Origin: Octopus vulgaris
Taxonomy: Eukaryota
Reading direction: 5' to 3'
Assembly: GCA_951406725.2 (NCBI GenBank)
Contig: OX597835.1
Location: 23,188,001-23,252,000, forward strand
Length of the DNA: 64,000 bases
Shown: positions 1 to 13,269 of the stretch, in pieces
Position numbering within the stretch: position 1 is the stretch's first letter
Layout: every line of letters begins with the position of its first letter
Position numbers and translations under genes: made by a program
The notes under the pieces: generated by a model
What the model was told of the DNA's origin: nothing
Seen by the model: the letters and a program-made list of their open reading frames with translations, nothing else
Database searches by the model: none

Positions 1-629
1 TGCGGAGAATAGGGACTTGGTGGCTGCGATCCATGCAGAGACGGCTGAGGCGAGTGCAAAGTACTAGTTACTGGATGCAGCATGCTAACTTGGTGATCAT
101 ATTCAAGTAATTGGCCTTTGTTCATATTTGGGTGGGCCTCGATATAAATATTAGCATGAGTAGAATGCTGAGAACTGGAAGCAACAGGAGTGGACATAAC
201 TAGTGGGTCAGCGTTCTTTTGTAGAGTTGGCCAGTGTAGTTTATCATTATGTGGACTGCTAGAATAGTTACAATACATTTGTGGCATGCTGTATTTATAA
301 CTGTTCAGATCTACATCAGAAGTCTGAATGTGCTGAACAGAAATCTGTCGTTGGGGAGTGGTCGATGTTTTGCAGGTAATATGTGGAATCATACTGGAAT
401 TTGGAACATGCTTATATTGATCGAAATCAACAATTTGATTTGAGTTTAGTTCTGGTGAATGTGAAGTAACAGCGCTATTTTTATTATATTTGGATGTCAC
501 CGATGCTTGTGAGACATCAGTATTTTTAATTTCCAAATTCAATTTCTGCATGCTATTATTCACAGAGCTGATAGTATTAAGAGGGTTCTTATTCAACTCT
601 TCCAGGCATTTATCCTTGTCATTGTTGAA
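1..629 (-). CDS. TAB2: TAB2/TAB3-like gene, large internal coding exon (truncated by the window edge)
   Basis: Acceptor ttctcttttatatttcAG| at 631-630, then 209 codons with no stop: FNNDKDKCLEELNKNPLNTISSVNNSMQKL...HSPQPSLHGSQPPSPYSP. It joins in phase 0 to the exon at 9199-9300 and completes a CUE domain followed by a Ser/Pro/His-rich region, as in TAB2/3. Absent from the ORF track because the stop lies beyond the window. Confidence 0.85.
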
Positions 630-1289
630 CTGAAATATAAAAGAGAAAAGAATTAAGTTCTATATTGATGTGTGTGTGTGTGTGTTGTATACATAAGTAA
701 GTTTTAATACAGAATACCAACCTGCTCATAACTATGGATATCAAAGCGTGACAAAGAGAAAAGTTGTGACGGTCTATATGTCAGCAAAAAACTCACTCAA
801 AGAAATACTTTTGCTATGAGGAAGTCAAATAGTTTGGAGTAGACTCCTTTGGAGAAAGATGAAATGTTTATTGATGATGCTGAATAAATCGAAGTAATAG
901 AATGAAATAGTGCTATACGTGAATACCAGTGACTAGGGAATTTTAAGAACATTGTAATAAGCAAGCAAAATATGTATATGTATTACATGCATCTTTTTCT
1001 TCACTTCTTAATTTCAAATTCAGACTTTTAATCCCACCCAATATTATGAAGAAATTGCTATCTCCCTGTCTGCTGGGAACACCACATATCTGAATAGTGA
1101 TTGTAACATCTATAATCATTTCATCTCTTTCACGAATAGTTCTGATTGAAACATTACAAATAGCTTCTTCCTCTAGAAAAAAAGTATGTGTATCATAATA
1201 ATAATAATAATATTGCCACTGTCTAACCCTCTTGCCCATCAGTCACTGAGTTAACCTTCTTAACCCCTTACCTATTATGTTTAAGACAG

Positions 1290-1815
1290 TAATCTGGGAT
1301 GTAGCCAGTCAACTTATGAATACCTTTCCTTCTTGGGACACAAAACTCCATTTGTGAAGACCTGTTGAGGCAAGTGGAAATCAGAACCAAAATCGAAGTC
1401 GATCAACATCAATGGAAACTGCAGCTGTGATGCCGGTGGCACATAAGTGAACCATCCGATCGTGACCGTTGCCAGCGCCGCCCTGACTGGCCTCCGTGCC
1501 GGTGGCATGTAAAAAGCACCATCTGATCGTGGCCATTGCCAGCCTCGCCTGGCCTGGCCCCTATGCCGGTGGCACGTAAAAAGCACCATCCAACCGTGGC
1601 CGTTTGCCAGCCCCGTCTGGCACCTGTGCCGGTGGCACGTAAAAAGCACCCACTACACTCACAGAGTGGTTGGCGTTAGGAAGGGCATCCAGCCGTAGAA
1701 ACATTGACAGATCAGACTGGGCTTGGTGCAGCCTTCTGGCTTCCCAGACCCCAGTTGAACCCTCCAACCCATGCTAGCATGGAAAGCAGACGCTAAATGA
1801 TGATGATGATGATGA
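1290..1815 (+). mobile_element. RTE LINE 3'-UTR fragment (family A) with internal tandem modules and (GAT)n tail
   Basis: Repeated GTGCCGGTGGCACGTAAAAAGCACC modules, then GGTTGGCGTTAGGAAGGGCATCCAGC...CCATGCTAGCATGGAAAG...(GAT)n. About 20 copies in the window. Confidence 0.8.
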
Positions 1816-2065
1816 ACACTATGTCCAATATACATTACTTATTTAAGCATTTACAACTCCATAACTAGCTATGACTTTCCTTCTGTTTCTAACCTTGATG
1901 TTACAGGGGCTAGACAGAACTAACAAACCCATCTCTCCATTTTACTTATACGTATGTATGCATATATACACACACACACACACATATATATATACATACA
2001 CACAGATATATATACACACACACACATATACATACATACAAATTCAGTGTGTGTTGCATTCCATT

Positions 2066-2575
2066 ACTTAATAAATGAAAAAAATGTATGGTAAATAAAC
2101 ATATGACATTATGTATACTGAGTGTAAAACTGAACTGGAGACAAACACAGAAGGTCCCTAATTCTTCATCAGTTACCAACCAATTGCTAACACTCAATTT
2201 TGCACCTTTAATGATAACTGGGTATTAGCAATTGGTTGATGAAGAATGAGGGACCTTCTGTGTGTGTGTCTCCCGTCCAGTTTTACACTCAGTATACATA
2301 ATGTTCTTAAAAGGCGCAGGAATGGCTGTGTGGTAAGTAGCTTGCTTACCAACCACATGGTTCCGGGTTCAGTCCCACTGCGTGGCATCTTGGGCAAGTG
2401 TCTTCTGCTATAGCCCCGGGCCAACCAATGCCTTGTGAGTGGATTTGGTAGACGGAAACTGAAAGAAGCCTGCCAGATCTGACTGGGCCTGACGAAGCCT
2501 TCCAGCTTCACAGACCCCAGTTGACCCGTCCAACCCATGCTAGCATGGAAAACGGACGCTAAACGATGATGATGA

Positions 2576-2619
<44 letters not shown>

Positions 2620-2895
2620 ATATATGTATGTATGTATATATGTTTGTGTGTCTGTGTTTGTCCCCCTAGCATTGCTTGACAACCGATGCTGGTATGTTTA
2701 CGTTCCCATCACTTAGCGGTTCGGCAAAAGAGACCGATAGAATAAGTACTGGGCTTACAATGAATAAGTCCCGGGGTCAATTTGCTTGACTAAAGGCGGT
2801 GCTCCAGCATGGCCACAGTCAAAATGACTGAAACAAGTAAAAGAGCCAAAGAGAATGTCGTATGTTTATTTACCATATATTTTCTTCATTTATTA
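2066..2895. repeat. Penelope-like fold-back palindrome interrupted by a SINE (2311-2853)
   Basis: 2068-2200 is reverse-complementary to 2210-2304 plus 2854-2895. Contains a CTGATGAAG remnant. Related copy at 7160-7555. Confidence 0.65.
2311..2853 (+). mobile_element. tRNA-derived SINE family B, with a family-A tail nested at 2470-2579
   Basis: Head GGCGCAGGAATGGCTGTGTGGTAAG...GGTTCAGTCCC (A/B boxes), internal (TA/TG)n, tail ...GACTGAAACAAGTAAAAGAG. Confidence 0.85.
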
Positions 2896-2899
2896 TATA

Positions 2900-3759
2900 C
2901 ACAAGGTGGTATCAAAAGGTTCCTCAACTAGTTTTATGTTTAATAAAAAAATTACTTATTTGCCAAAGTTTTAACATTATCTCCTTGGAAACAGTCACCT
3001 TGCACGCAATACACTGGTCCCAGCATTCTTACGAGTAGAGGACCTTCTGCAATTCCCTCCTGATATTGACAATGGTGTTAAAACGGCAACCTTTGAGCTG
3101 CATTTTCATCCTGGAGAAGAGATGGAAGACTGCAGGTGCTAAATATGGCGAATAGGGTGGGTGTGGAAGTGATATATTGTTTTTGGTGAGAAATTCGAGA
3201 GTGAGGAGAACTTGGTGAAGAATCCAGTTCTTCATGCTCCACTGATCTGGTTGCTTTCACCAAACGTCCTCCCTCAAGTGCTTAGAAACGTTGTAGAACT
3301 CTCGATTGATGGTCTAGCCCCAACAGACAAATTCTCAATGTACAATATCATATTTCTGAGGGTGACACCTATGGCAGGTCCTCCACAGTGCTCATCGTCT
3401 TCCAAGGATGGTCTTCCACTTTTGAAGCATCTGTGCCACTCAAAACATCGTGTACAACCCATTGCCTTATCACCGTAAGCTTGCTGAAGAATGCCCTGTG
3501 TCTCTGTAGCAGACTTCCCAAGTTTAAAGCAAAATTTCACATTGCCTCTTTGTTCCTGTCCATGACCAAATTGCAGACTACAGCATACAGGTGATCACAA
3601 AATCACAAATTTCACAACTTGCAAAGTAAATACAGCAATTTCACTTGGCACACTGCCTCACAAAGGTCACTACTTGTTCTCACTGTACACGCAACTGTGT
3701 GCCGTCATCAGATGGCACACTACAGAACTAGTCCAGGAACTATTTTATACCACCTCACA
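2900..3759 (-). mobile_element. Internally deleted mariner element
   Basis: Imperfect TIRs (CACAAGGTGGTATCAAAAGGTTCC / GGAACTATTTTATACCACCTCACA) flanked by TA. Transposase remnants KFCFKLGKSATET...FEWHRCFKSGR and PHPPYSPYLAPAVFHLF (mariner YSPDLAP motif). Confidence 0.9.
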
Positions 3760-3945
3760 TAATTCTATAACAGTCACACATTCAGGTACATACACTCAGA
3801 CACAAATGATTAACCCCATTCAGTCACTAACACACACGAGTATCTGATCACTCACTCACACACAGCCACACACAAAAATACCCCCTACACATACAAAAAC
3901 AACCACACATGCAGACATATGCACACACAACTACATACAAACAAC

Positions 3946-4196
3946 CAGGGCTGTGGAGTCGAAACCAAAAACTTCGACTCCGACTCCTCTACTATTGGCA
4001 CCTCTGACTGACTCCTCTTTATGTAATTAAGTGATTGTGGTCAACATATCTCATAAAGCATATTCATAAGCTTGTACTTTGAGTAGGCCCATATGTTATA
4101 ACTGGTTTATATTAAAGAATAAAGACATTTTGAGTCGGAATAGTTTTACTGACTGACTCTAGCTACCCCTTAATTGTTTCTGACTCCACAGCCCTG
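3946..4196. mobile_element. hAT-type MITE
   Basis: TIRs CAGGGCTGTGGAGTC / GACTCCACAGCCCTG with internal GACTCC repeats; no ORF. Confidence 0.7.
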
Positions 4197-5450
4197 AAAA
4201 AAAAAATCAACCCTACATTAACATATAACCTTAATAAACATACAAACACCCATATATACACCCACACACAAACATTTAACCAAACAGTTACAACCACAAC
4301 CAAACACACAGAAACACCAACCCACAAAAGATGCATGCAGTCAGACACAACCACATGTCAAAGATAATGATCGTGCAACATGATTTTTGGGTAGTGACTG
4401 TTATTTCCTCTTTGCTTACCCCTAGAAAGTATGAAAAATGGCTAATATTTCCTTCAAACTTTGCTTTTGTTATATTTATTCAAACCCCAAAAATCCTTCT
4501 CAACACATGGCTACGATGTTCCCCCACTACTCCTGCTCATGATCAGAGATGCAAATATTGTCAGCCACTAAGGGACATGCTTGAGTGGTTAAGGTCAAGC
4601 AACTGACAAGCAAATCTCTGGTATTGAGCAGAATATTAGCTATAACGATATTTGTGCTTCATAACTCAGCACTGAATCTATCTGAAATGTAATGGAAGAT
4701 AGCTCAATTGCAAAACATTGACATCGAGGTCACAAAAGCAAAGTTTGAAGGGAATAGTTGTCATTTCCTTTGATTTCTAGATAAGACCACATAGGAAATA
4801 ACACTTACAGGCCAAAGATGAAGCAAAAATTTTGTTACTCAGTGTAATGACTGTGTGGGGGGAACACATGAAGATAAGAATTTATGTTAACAAATAAACA
4901 TGTCAAATTACCAAAGGAAGTATAAAAGGTAAAAATAAAATGTTTTCGGGGTTTCCCTGTGCCCACCAGTTTTAAATAATGTGTTTGGGAATATTAAGTG
5001 CTAACTAAAGTGGAAATAACATTGGCATAACAGCCTAATTTTATATACATCCTCCTACATAAATGATTGGCTTCATAGAAATTAACGGACGTTAAACACT
5101 CTCAAACAGGACTTATTGAATAGATAAGCGTGCTTAATTTGTCTGAAAATATTTTAATTAAAAAAAAATAAAAAAAAGAAGCTAAGCCTTTAGTGCAGGG
5201 CAAACATCAAATAACAAGAGTGCTGATAAAATACGTTCATTTTTACACCTACGCATATCTTGTATCACACATATATATATAGAAACATTTATATACATAC
5301 ATGCACGTAGACACACAAACATTTATATACATACATGCACGTAGACACACAAACATTTACATACATACATTTACACACACAAACATTTATATATATATAT
5401 ACATGTACACACACAAACATTTATATACATATATATACACACACAAACAT

Positions 5451-6087
5451 GGTCTGCGGATGGATGAGGAGAGCTGTGTGAAGAAATGTCACTCCCAAAT
5501 AGTGGAAGGAACCTGTGGTAGAGGGGGACTCAGGAAGACATGGGATGAGGTGGTTAAGCATGACCTTTGAACGTTGCACTCACAGCAGCAATGACGAAAG
5601 ACTGAGACCTCTGGAGATATGCTGTGACTGAGAAGACCCGGCAAGTAAAGTGAGATCACAGCCATAACCAGCCCACTTTGTCAGGTGACATGCCATGCTT
5701 GAGAAGACCTATTGAGTCAAGTACATCAAAGTCAAGTCAAACCACAATCAAATGGAAATTGTAGTTGTGGCTGATGCCAGTGCCACCTGACTGGCACCCA
5801 TGCTGGTGGCACGCAATAAGCAGTGCTGCCTGACTGGTGGCACGTAAAAAGCACCATCCAAACGTGGTCGATGCCAGCACCCTCAACCCGACTAGCTCCT
5901 GTGCCAGTGGCACGTAAAAAGCACTCACTACACTCTCAGAGTGGTTGGCGTTAGGAAGGGCATCCAGCTGTAGAAACACTGCCAGATCAGACTGGAGCCT
6001 GGTGCAGCCTCCTGGCTTCCCAGACCCCAGTCAAACCATTCAACCCCTGCCAGTATGGAAAACAGATGTTAAACGATGATGATGATG
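5451..6087 (+). mobile_element. RTE LINE 3' end: ORF C-terminus joined to the family-A 3' UTR
   Basis: LRMDEESCVKKCHSQIVEGTCGRGGLRKTWDEVVKHDL (RTE-type GxRxRGRPxKTW motif) is continuous with family-A modules and the (GAT)n tail. Confidence 0.85.
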
Positions 6088-7159
6088 TACACACACACAG
6101 ATATGTCATATGTGTGTATGTGTGTGTGTGTATATATATATATACACACACACACACACATTCTTTTATGTTTTTATTCTTTTACTTGTTTCAGTCATTT
6201 TGTGGCCATGATGGAGCACCACCTTTACCCGAAGAAATCGACCCTAGGACATTCTTTGTAAGCCTAGTGTTTATTCCATCAGTTTCTTTTACCGAACTCT
6301 TAAGTTACGAGGACATAAACACACCAACACTGGTTGTCAAGGAACGGTGGTGGTAATATAAATATATATAAATATATATATATAGGCACAATAAATACAT
6401 ACAAATAGAAACACAAAAACACTCACATAAACATATATATACTCATGAGAGAAAAAGGTATATTTGGTATAACTACCTTAGAGAAAGAAAACATGTTTTG
6501 TAGAGTAACAGGATTTTGTAGTGGGTATTATTATAATGGTCAAGGTCTCACAGTGGCATGTAGTTTCATCCAGAGCACAAATCTTCAAATAGTGAGATTT
6601 TGAGAAACAGGAATTGTATATATTTGTCTGATGAGTGTGAGGGGAATATGTAGTGTATGTATGTGTGGGTGGTATAATTGTGGGTATTTTCGTTTTTGTG
6701 GGGGAGCTATCTGAAGAATGTGATTCTATGTGATCTACTTGCTGATTGTGTGAGAAACTACAGTGATGGGGGTATGTTTGAGAAAGATTTCTCAAATTTC
6801 TCAAATTTCCATATCCTAAGGACTCTCAGAATAAAACTATGATACTTGGAAATTCCTCAATTCTATAAATATATTATATATATTTAAAAAGACATATACA
6901 ATTTGCCATCATCATTGTTTTAATGTCCACCTTGCATAGACATAGCTGTGAAATAAGCTTTTCCCCCCCAACCACATGGTTCTGACCAAAGCCATGGGAC
7001 TGGATTTGGGAGATGGAAACTGAAAGAAGCCTGTCATGTATGTGTGTGTGTATACACATGCGCATGTTGGTGTGTATGTCTTTGTTTGTGTTTGTCCCCC
7101 ACTACCGCTTGACAATTCATAAGCAAGCTACTTACCACACAGCCACTCCTATGCCTACA

Positions 7160-7549
7160 TATTATAATAAATGAAAATATGTATTGTAAACACACAAACA
7201 ACACGTAAAAAACAATGTATATTGAGTGCACAAATGGACAGAAGACAGACACAGAAGGTCCCTAAATCTACATCAGTTATCAACCAGATGGTATTACTCA
7301 GTTTTGCACCATTAATGATAAGACTGAGGGGTGCCCAGAAAAGTTGCGAAGAAAATAGGGCCAAGACAAATAACACATGGATAACAAGCAATACAGAAGT
7401 GCACATAAAAAAGGTGAATAAATGTGATTTAAGATGAAGGACGAAGATGCTCAGCCCTATATTGTTCGCAACTTTTGTGGGCACTGTTATCATGGGAAGC
7501 CTCTCAGCCTTATAATTAATGGTGTAAAACATAAAACTTATTAACAGTA

Positions 7550-7555
<6 letters not shown>
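7160..7555. repeat. Penelope-like terminal fragment with internal inverted repeat
   Basis: Similar to 2066-2200; arms 7300-7361 and 7454-7530 are reverse complements. Confidence 0.5.
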
Positions 7556-7588
<33 letters not shown>

Positions 7589-7855
7589 TCATCGTTTAAC
7601 GTCTGTTCTCCATGCTAGCATGGGTTGAACGGTTCAACCGGGGATCTGGGAAGCCAGAAGGCTGCACCAGGTTCCAGTCTGATCTGGCAGTGTTTCTACA
7701 GCTGGATGCCCTTTCTAAAGCCAACCACTTTGTGAGTGTAGTGGGTGCTTTTTACGTGCCAGGCGAGGCTGGCAACGACCATGATCGGATTGGTGCGTTT
7801 TACATGCCACCGGCACGGAAAGCAGTCAAGGTGGAGCTGGCATAGTCAAGATATA

Positions 7856-7900
<45 letters not shown>

Positions 7901-7937
7901 CATTATACATACATATAAACATATGTGTGTGTGTATG

Positions 7938-8003
<66 letters not shown>

Positions 8004-8004
8004 T

Positions 8005-8270
8005 GATGGCATGTGGTTAGGAGTATTTGGCTGTGAGTTCGATTCCCAGCAGCCCGTTGTGTCCTTGAGCAAGACCCTTTATTTCACATTGCTCCAGTCC
8101 ACTCAGCTGGCAAAAATGAGAAGTACCTGTATTTCAAAGGACCAGCCTTGTCACACTCTGTTGTGCTGAATCTCCACAAGAACTACATTGGGGTGTACAT
8201 GTGTCTGTGGAGTGCTCAGCCACTAGCATAGTAAATTCATGAGCAGGCTGTTCCGTTGATCAGATCAACT
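8005..8270 (+). mobile_element. tRNA/CORE-type SINE (shares its 3' tail with the SINE at 52072-52453)
   Basis: GAGTTCGATTCCC B box, GTGTCCTTGAGCAAGACCCTTTATTTCAC core, tail GTGGAGTGCTCAGCCAC...GAGCAGGCTGTTCCGTTGATC. Confidence 0.7.
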
Positions 8271-9198
8271 TGTACCATATACATTTATGTATATATATAT
8301 ATAAATACACACACAAAAATAAACATATATATATATATATCATTATCATCATTTAACATCTGCCTTCCATGTTGGTATGGGTTGGACAGGAACTGGCTAG
8401 ACAGAATCCTGCACCAATCTTGTGTTTGTTTCGCCATGGTTTTTACAGCAGGATAAACCTTCCTAACACCAACCACCCAGCAAGGGGACATAGATATACA
8501 CATGTACATACGTAGATGCATACATATAATAGAATACTATATTCATCCATAAAAAGAATTTAATTTTGAAGCATTTTGATGACTGAACTATATCAAAATA
8601 TTTCCCCATCTCTCCTTCATTCACTCCACCACAAACATTCTTCACGTGAACTAATAAGGGAGCTCCTGTGTAATCACTTGGTTTTCTAGAGACAAACAGC
8701 CAAATCTCATTCAGATCACACTTTATAAAACAGACAATATACCCTAATGAAAGACATGACAATCATGGTAGAAACAGGACTGATCATGGGCAACTGTTTG
8801 AAATCAGAGTGTGCGTGTTTCTGGAATCTCTTTTATTCATTGCAGCCATGCTAGGGCACTTCCTTGAAGAATTTTTAGTTGAATGTACGGACTCCAGTGC
8901 TTTTTCTTTTAAAGGCTGGTACTTATTACATCAGTATCTTTTGCCAAACCACAAAGTTACAGGGACAAAAATACACCAACACCAGTTGTCAAGTGGTGGC
9001 AGGGGACAAAGACACACACATACATACACAACAGACTTCTTTCAGTTTCCATCTACCAAATCCATTCACAAGGGTTTGGTTAGCCTGAGGTTATAGTAAA
9101 AGACACTTGCTCGCAGTGCCACACAGAAACGGGGTTGTTATGCAAGCTTCTTACCACACCACCCACTTTCTCCCAGTAACAAATAAATATAGTCTCAC

Positions 9199-9300
9199 CT
9201 GCTTCATCACACTCCGCACAACATGTTCAGGTAACCGAGGAAACTGCTTCTTAAGTGAAATGAAGAGTTTTACTTTCAGGTTGCTTTCAGGTTCTGCCAT
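9199..9300 (-). CDS. TAB2: TAB2/TAB3-like gene, first coding exon (CUE domain N-half); full exon 9199-9328
   Basis: ATG at 9300-9298 gives MAEPESNLKVKLFISLKKQFPRLPEHVVRSVMKQ (34 aa), then donor CAG|GTGAG. Acceptor cttctgtttcttttttttaaAG| at 9330-9329. Matches the CUE pattern LxxxFPxxPxxVVxxxMxQ-xNN-xxxC of human TAB2 ([38 protein letters not shown], recalled). Confidence 0.88.
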
Positions 9301-11325
9301 ACTGTCACAGTTTCATGAAGGTGAGACCCTTTAAAAAAAAGAAACAGAAGCAGATAGAAAAAGATTGCAAAGAATGAAAGAATGTTTAATTTTCTGGGCA
9401 TGTCATTAAAAATCAGCACAGTTTTTGCCATGCCTGAGTGGATGCCTTAATAGTAATATCTTCATCATTTAACATCCACTTTCTGTGTTTGCAGGAGTCA
9501 GATGGAATGGCCCATCTCAAAATGCTGACCCTTGCTGTAACTCGAGAAAACCAGCCCACCACAACAGAACCAAGGTGCCATGTAAAAAGTACTGGTGTGG
9601 GTGCCGGTGCCATATAAAAAGTGCTGGTGCTACGTAAAAAGCAACTAGTACACTGCTGAGTGGTTGGTGTTAGGAAGAGCAACCAGCTTTAGAAACCAAA
9701 CCAAAACAAGACTATGGAATCTGTTGCGGCCCCTGACCTAGCCAATTCCTGTCAAATCATCCAACCCATTCCAGCATGGAAATTATGGTGATGATTACAC
9801 GATAGTTCTAAGTGAGCATCACCATCACACAAACAATATTCTTTGTTTCCAGGCTTGGATGAAGAATATGCCTGTCATGGGGAAATATTTTTTTGCTTAG
9901 GGACAAGTGAAAGTTAGTGACAAGAGCATCAAGCCATAGAAAATCTGCTTTAACAAATTCTGTCCAACCTATGGAAAAGTGCACATTAAAATGACGACAA
10001 AACCTAAATGAACTACAACAAGCAACTCTAAAAATTTGGTGGCAAGTAATTCTAAAGAATTACTTTCGTTAAATAATTTTAAAGAAATATTTAACAAAAT
10101 AACAACAACCACATTAATAATTAATATACACACATGAAACAGATTAAAATAAATTATCATATATGGTGTTATCTAACTTGGTTTGGAGCACTTCCTTTAT
10201 TGGGTTAAATGTATCTCAAGTGAAGTTACAATAAAGATAATTTGAAATTAAACTGAAGGCTTATTCAATACTTTCCATAGAATACAAATTTATTACTTTT
10301 TAACAAAAATGATTTTGACAATACCATTCTTGTTAAAAAATTGTATGTGTGTGATTTTGTGTGGTTCTCATTACCACCAATTAACAACAGATGTTGGTTT
10401 GTTTACATCGTCAAATTGTGGCATAATGCTAGCAATTTTAGAGGTAGGAGGTTAGTCTCAATCACATCAACTCCTGTACTTGACTGGTACTTTAATTTGT
10501 CCACCCCAAAAAGAATGAAAGACAAAGCTGACCTTAGTGTGAGTTGAACTCAGAACATAAAGAGATAAAAGAAATACTACTCAGCATTTTTTTTCTTTTT
10601 TGTAACACTCAAATGATTCCGCCAGCTTGTCAATAATAACCGTTTCTAATTTAGGCACAAGGCCAGGAATTTTGAAGGAAAGGAATTTAGTCAACACCAC
10701 TAACTCCAGTATCTGACTGGTTCTTTATTTTACTGATACCATTCTCAAACCCAACCATTTTCAAAAACATGCTGGAACAAGGTAAACTTGGGGCTAAACA
10801 ATAAGAAACCCTTAACAGTTTTTCTCAAAGTTACAGTATCTTGTAAATTTACTCCAAACATGCAACAGACCACACTTAACTCGGTTCTATACTGAGCTAG
10901 TATTCACTGTCATTCAAACAGTATCAGATATATTACACATGCTGCACATACTTTCTCTTTAATATGATAAAAGACACCCTTGGCAGTTTATGAAATGTTT
11001 GTAAACCAATACCACACATCACCACCACCACCAAAAACTTACCACAGTGGGGTACTGTGGTGGCCCAGAAGAGGAAGCGAGATGAGAGGAACAGCAAATC
11101 ACCCTAGTTGGGGTGCAAAGCAGCAAGTTACAGATAGAAGCAGACAAATAGTGTAGTAAGAGGATAGACAAGTGTAGAACAGGTATTTTATTTGACTGAC
11201 AACAAAACAATTACACTGATGCACATGCAAGCAGGTGTGTGTTTGAGAGAGAGATAGAGAAAGTGTGTGTGTGTGTGTGATATATTAAGAAGTTCACTAT
11301 GAAATCATGAGGATTCGAGTATAAT

Positions 11326-11552
11326 ACCTATTTCTTTACTGCCCACAAGGGGCTAAACACAGAGAGGACAGACAAACGAATTAAGTCGATTATATCGATC
11401 CCAGTGTGTAACTGGTACTTTTTTAATCGACCCCGAAAGGATGAAAGGCAAAGTCGACCTCGGCGGAATTTGAACTCAGAACATAGCGGCAGACGAAATA
11501 CGGCTACGCATTTCGCCCGGCGTGCTAAAGTTTCTGCCAGCTCGCCGCCTTA
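11326..11552 (-). mobile_element. tRNA-derived SINE family C (long-tail form), young
   Basis: AAGGCGGCGAGCTGGCAGAA...GAGTTCAAATTCCGCCGAGGTCGACTTTGCCTTTCATCCTTTCGGGGTCGAT...CCCCTTGTGGGCAGTAAAGAAATAGG, flanked by duplicated AGTATAATACC. CpGs intact. Confidence 0.85.
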
Positions 11553-11993
11553 ATTCAAGTATAATACCACCAGACAGCACCTTGTACAGGTGTATATCAT
11601 AGTTTCTGGCTGACCAGTGTCATAGGAGTTAAATTTGGTAGGGGTACATCTTGTAGGTATATGTGGGTATCTTTTCTTTTATCTTTTGCTTCATTTGCTG
11701 GGGCACCATCTTGAAGAATTTTAAAAAATCAAATGAATTGACCCTAGTACGTATTTTTCTTTTTTAAAGCCTGGTATTTATTCTATCGGTCTTTTTCACC
11801 GATTCACGAACACACAAACATACACATGACAGGCTTATTTTAGCTTCTGTCAACAAAATCCATTCACAAGGCTTTGGTCAGCCCGAGGCCATAGTAGAAG
11901 ATACTTGCCCAAGGTGCCATGCAATGGAACTGAACCCAGAACTATGTGGTTGGGAAGCAAATTTCTTACCACACAGTCATGCCTGCACCTATA

Positions 11994-12032
<39 letters not shown>

Positions 12033-12035
12033 TAT

Positions 12036-12240
12036 TTGATTAATGAGAGAGACGGAAGATACAAGAATGTTTATTGATCACTCCAACTGTTTTGCCCCAT
12101 CTAGCATCGAAACAATTGTAGTGATCAATAAACATTCTCGTTTCTCCCATCTCTCATTAATCAAGTACCCTACAAACACTGTGAAAGTAAACGTGCTTTA
12201 CTAGTAAGCTACCAGGTGTATACCATATGATTTATTACCT
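12036..12240 (+). repeat. Penelope-like palindrome with hammerhead 3' half
   Basis: Inverted arms span 12036-12164. The right arm reads CGAAACAATTGTA-GTGATC-AATAAA, followed by an unpaired tail to about 12240. Confidence 0.65.
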
Positions 12241-12270
12241 AATAATATATATATATATATATATATATAT

Positions 12271-12581
12271 GGGCCTCCGTGCCGGTGGCACGTAAAAAGC
12301 ACCATCCGACCGTGGCCGTTGCCAGCCTCACGTGGCACGTAAAAAGCACCATCCGACCGTGGCCGTTTGCCAGCCCCGTCTGGCACCTGTGCCGGTGGCA
12401 CATAAAAAGCACCCACTACACTCACGGAGTGGTTGGCGTTAGGAAGGGCATCCAGCTGTAGAAACATTGTCACATCAGTCTGGGCCTGGTGCAGCCTTCT
12501 GGCTTCCCAGACCCCAGGTGAACCGTCCAACCCATGCTAGCATGGGAAGCAGATGCTAAATGATGACGATGATGATGATGA
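12271..12581 (+). mobile_element. Family A (RTE 3' UTR) copy
   Basis: Three GCACGTAAAAAGCACC-type modules and a (GAT)n tail, inserted between microsatellites. Confidence 0.8.
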
Positions 12582-13269
12582 TATACATATTACACACACA
12601 CACACGTATGTGTATCTATTATCATTTATCATCTGTATTCCATGCTGGCTTGAGTTTAACGGGATCTGACAAGTCAGAGGGCTGCATTGGGCTCCAAAGT
12701 CTACTTTGGCAAGCTTTCTACAGCCAACTGGCCTTCTTAATGCCAACCACTTAGTGAGTGTTTTTTTCACAGTGCCTGCACTAGTAAGGGCCCTCAACTA
12801 ACTCACAAGCAAAGGCCTCTTGACAGAGTGGGGTGGGGTGGCAAAATAGAAGGTGGTGGTTTTATTCCACGTGTTGAGAGGTCAAGGTATGACTGGGAAC
12901 AGGAACAGATGTTTTATTGTAGTGGAGACACATGGTTACCCTATATACATACACAAGCAAAATGCCCCCCCCCCCCATCCAATGGACAGTGCTGAGTTGT
13001 CAAACATTTAAACCAAATTTTCTTAAAACAACTTGTCCAACCGTCCCATAGGCCTCCCCTTTGAGAAACACTTATTTAACCTAAATTTGAGACATCAGCA
13101 AAAGAAGAAATAAAGAGAAACTTTTTTTTTCTATTCCAAAGAAAAACGATTTTATCCACACAAATATGCAACCCAAGAGTTTAAAGTAACAGTAATGATA
13201 AGGCTGTTGACTGGTTTAAATAGTAAGCTGGGCAGGAAAGAAACGTGCCTTTAAGCAGTACAAAAACAA

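Noticed and set aside
943-1239. 98-aa minus-strand ORF near the large exon
   Set aside because: Starts across an (ATT)n repeat, has no recognisable domain and ends in a stop within the intron.
1561-1767. Recurring ORF FLRLDALPNANHSVSVVGAFYVPPA as a multi-copy peptide gene
   Set aside because: It is the antisense reading of the RTE 3' UTR; starts, stops and frames vary between copies.
8463-8762. 99-aa minus-strand ORF inside TAB2 intron 2
   Set aside because: No recognisable homology, no good donor, and the CUE domain reads continuously without it.
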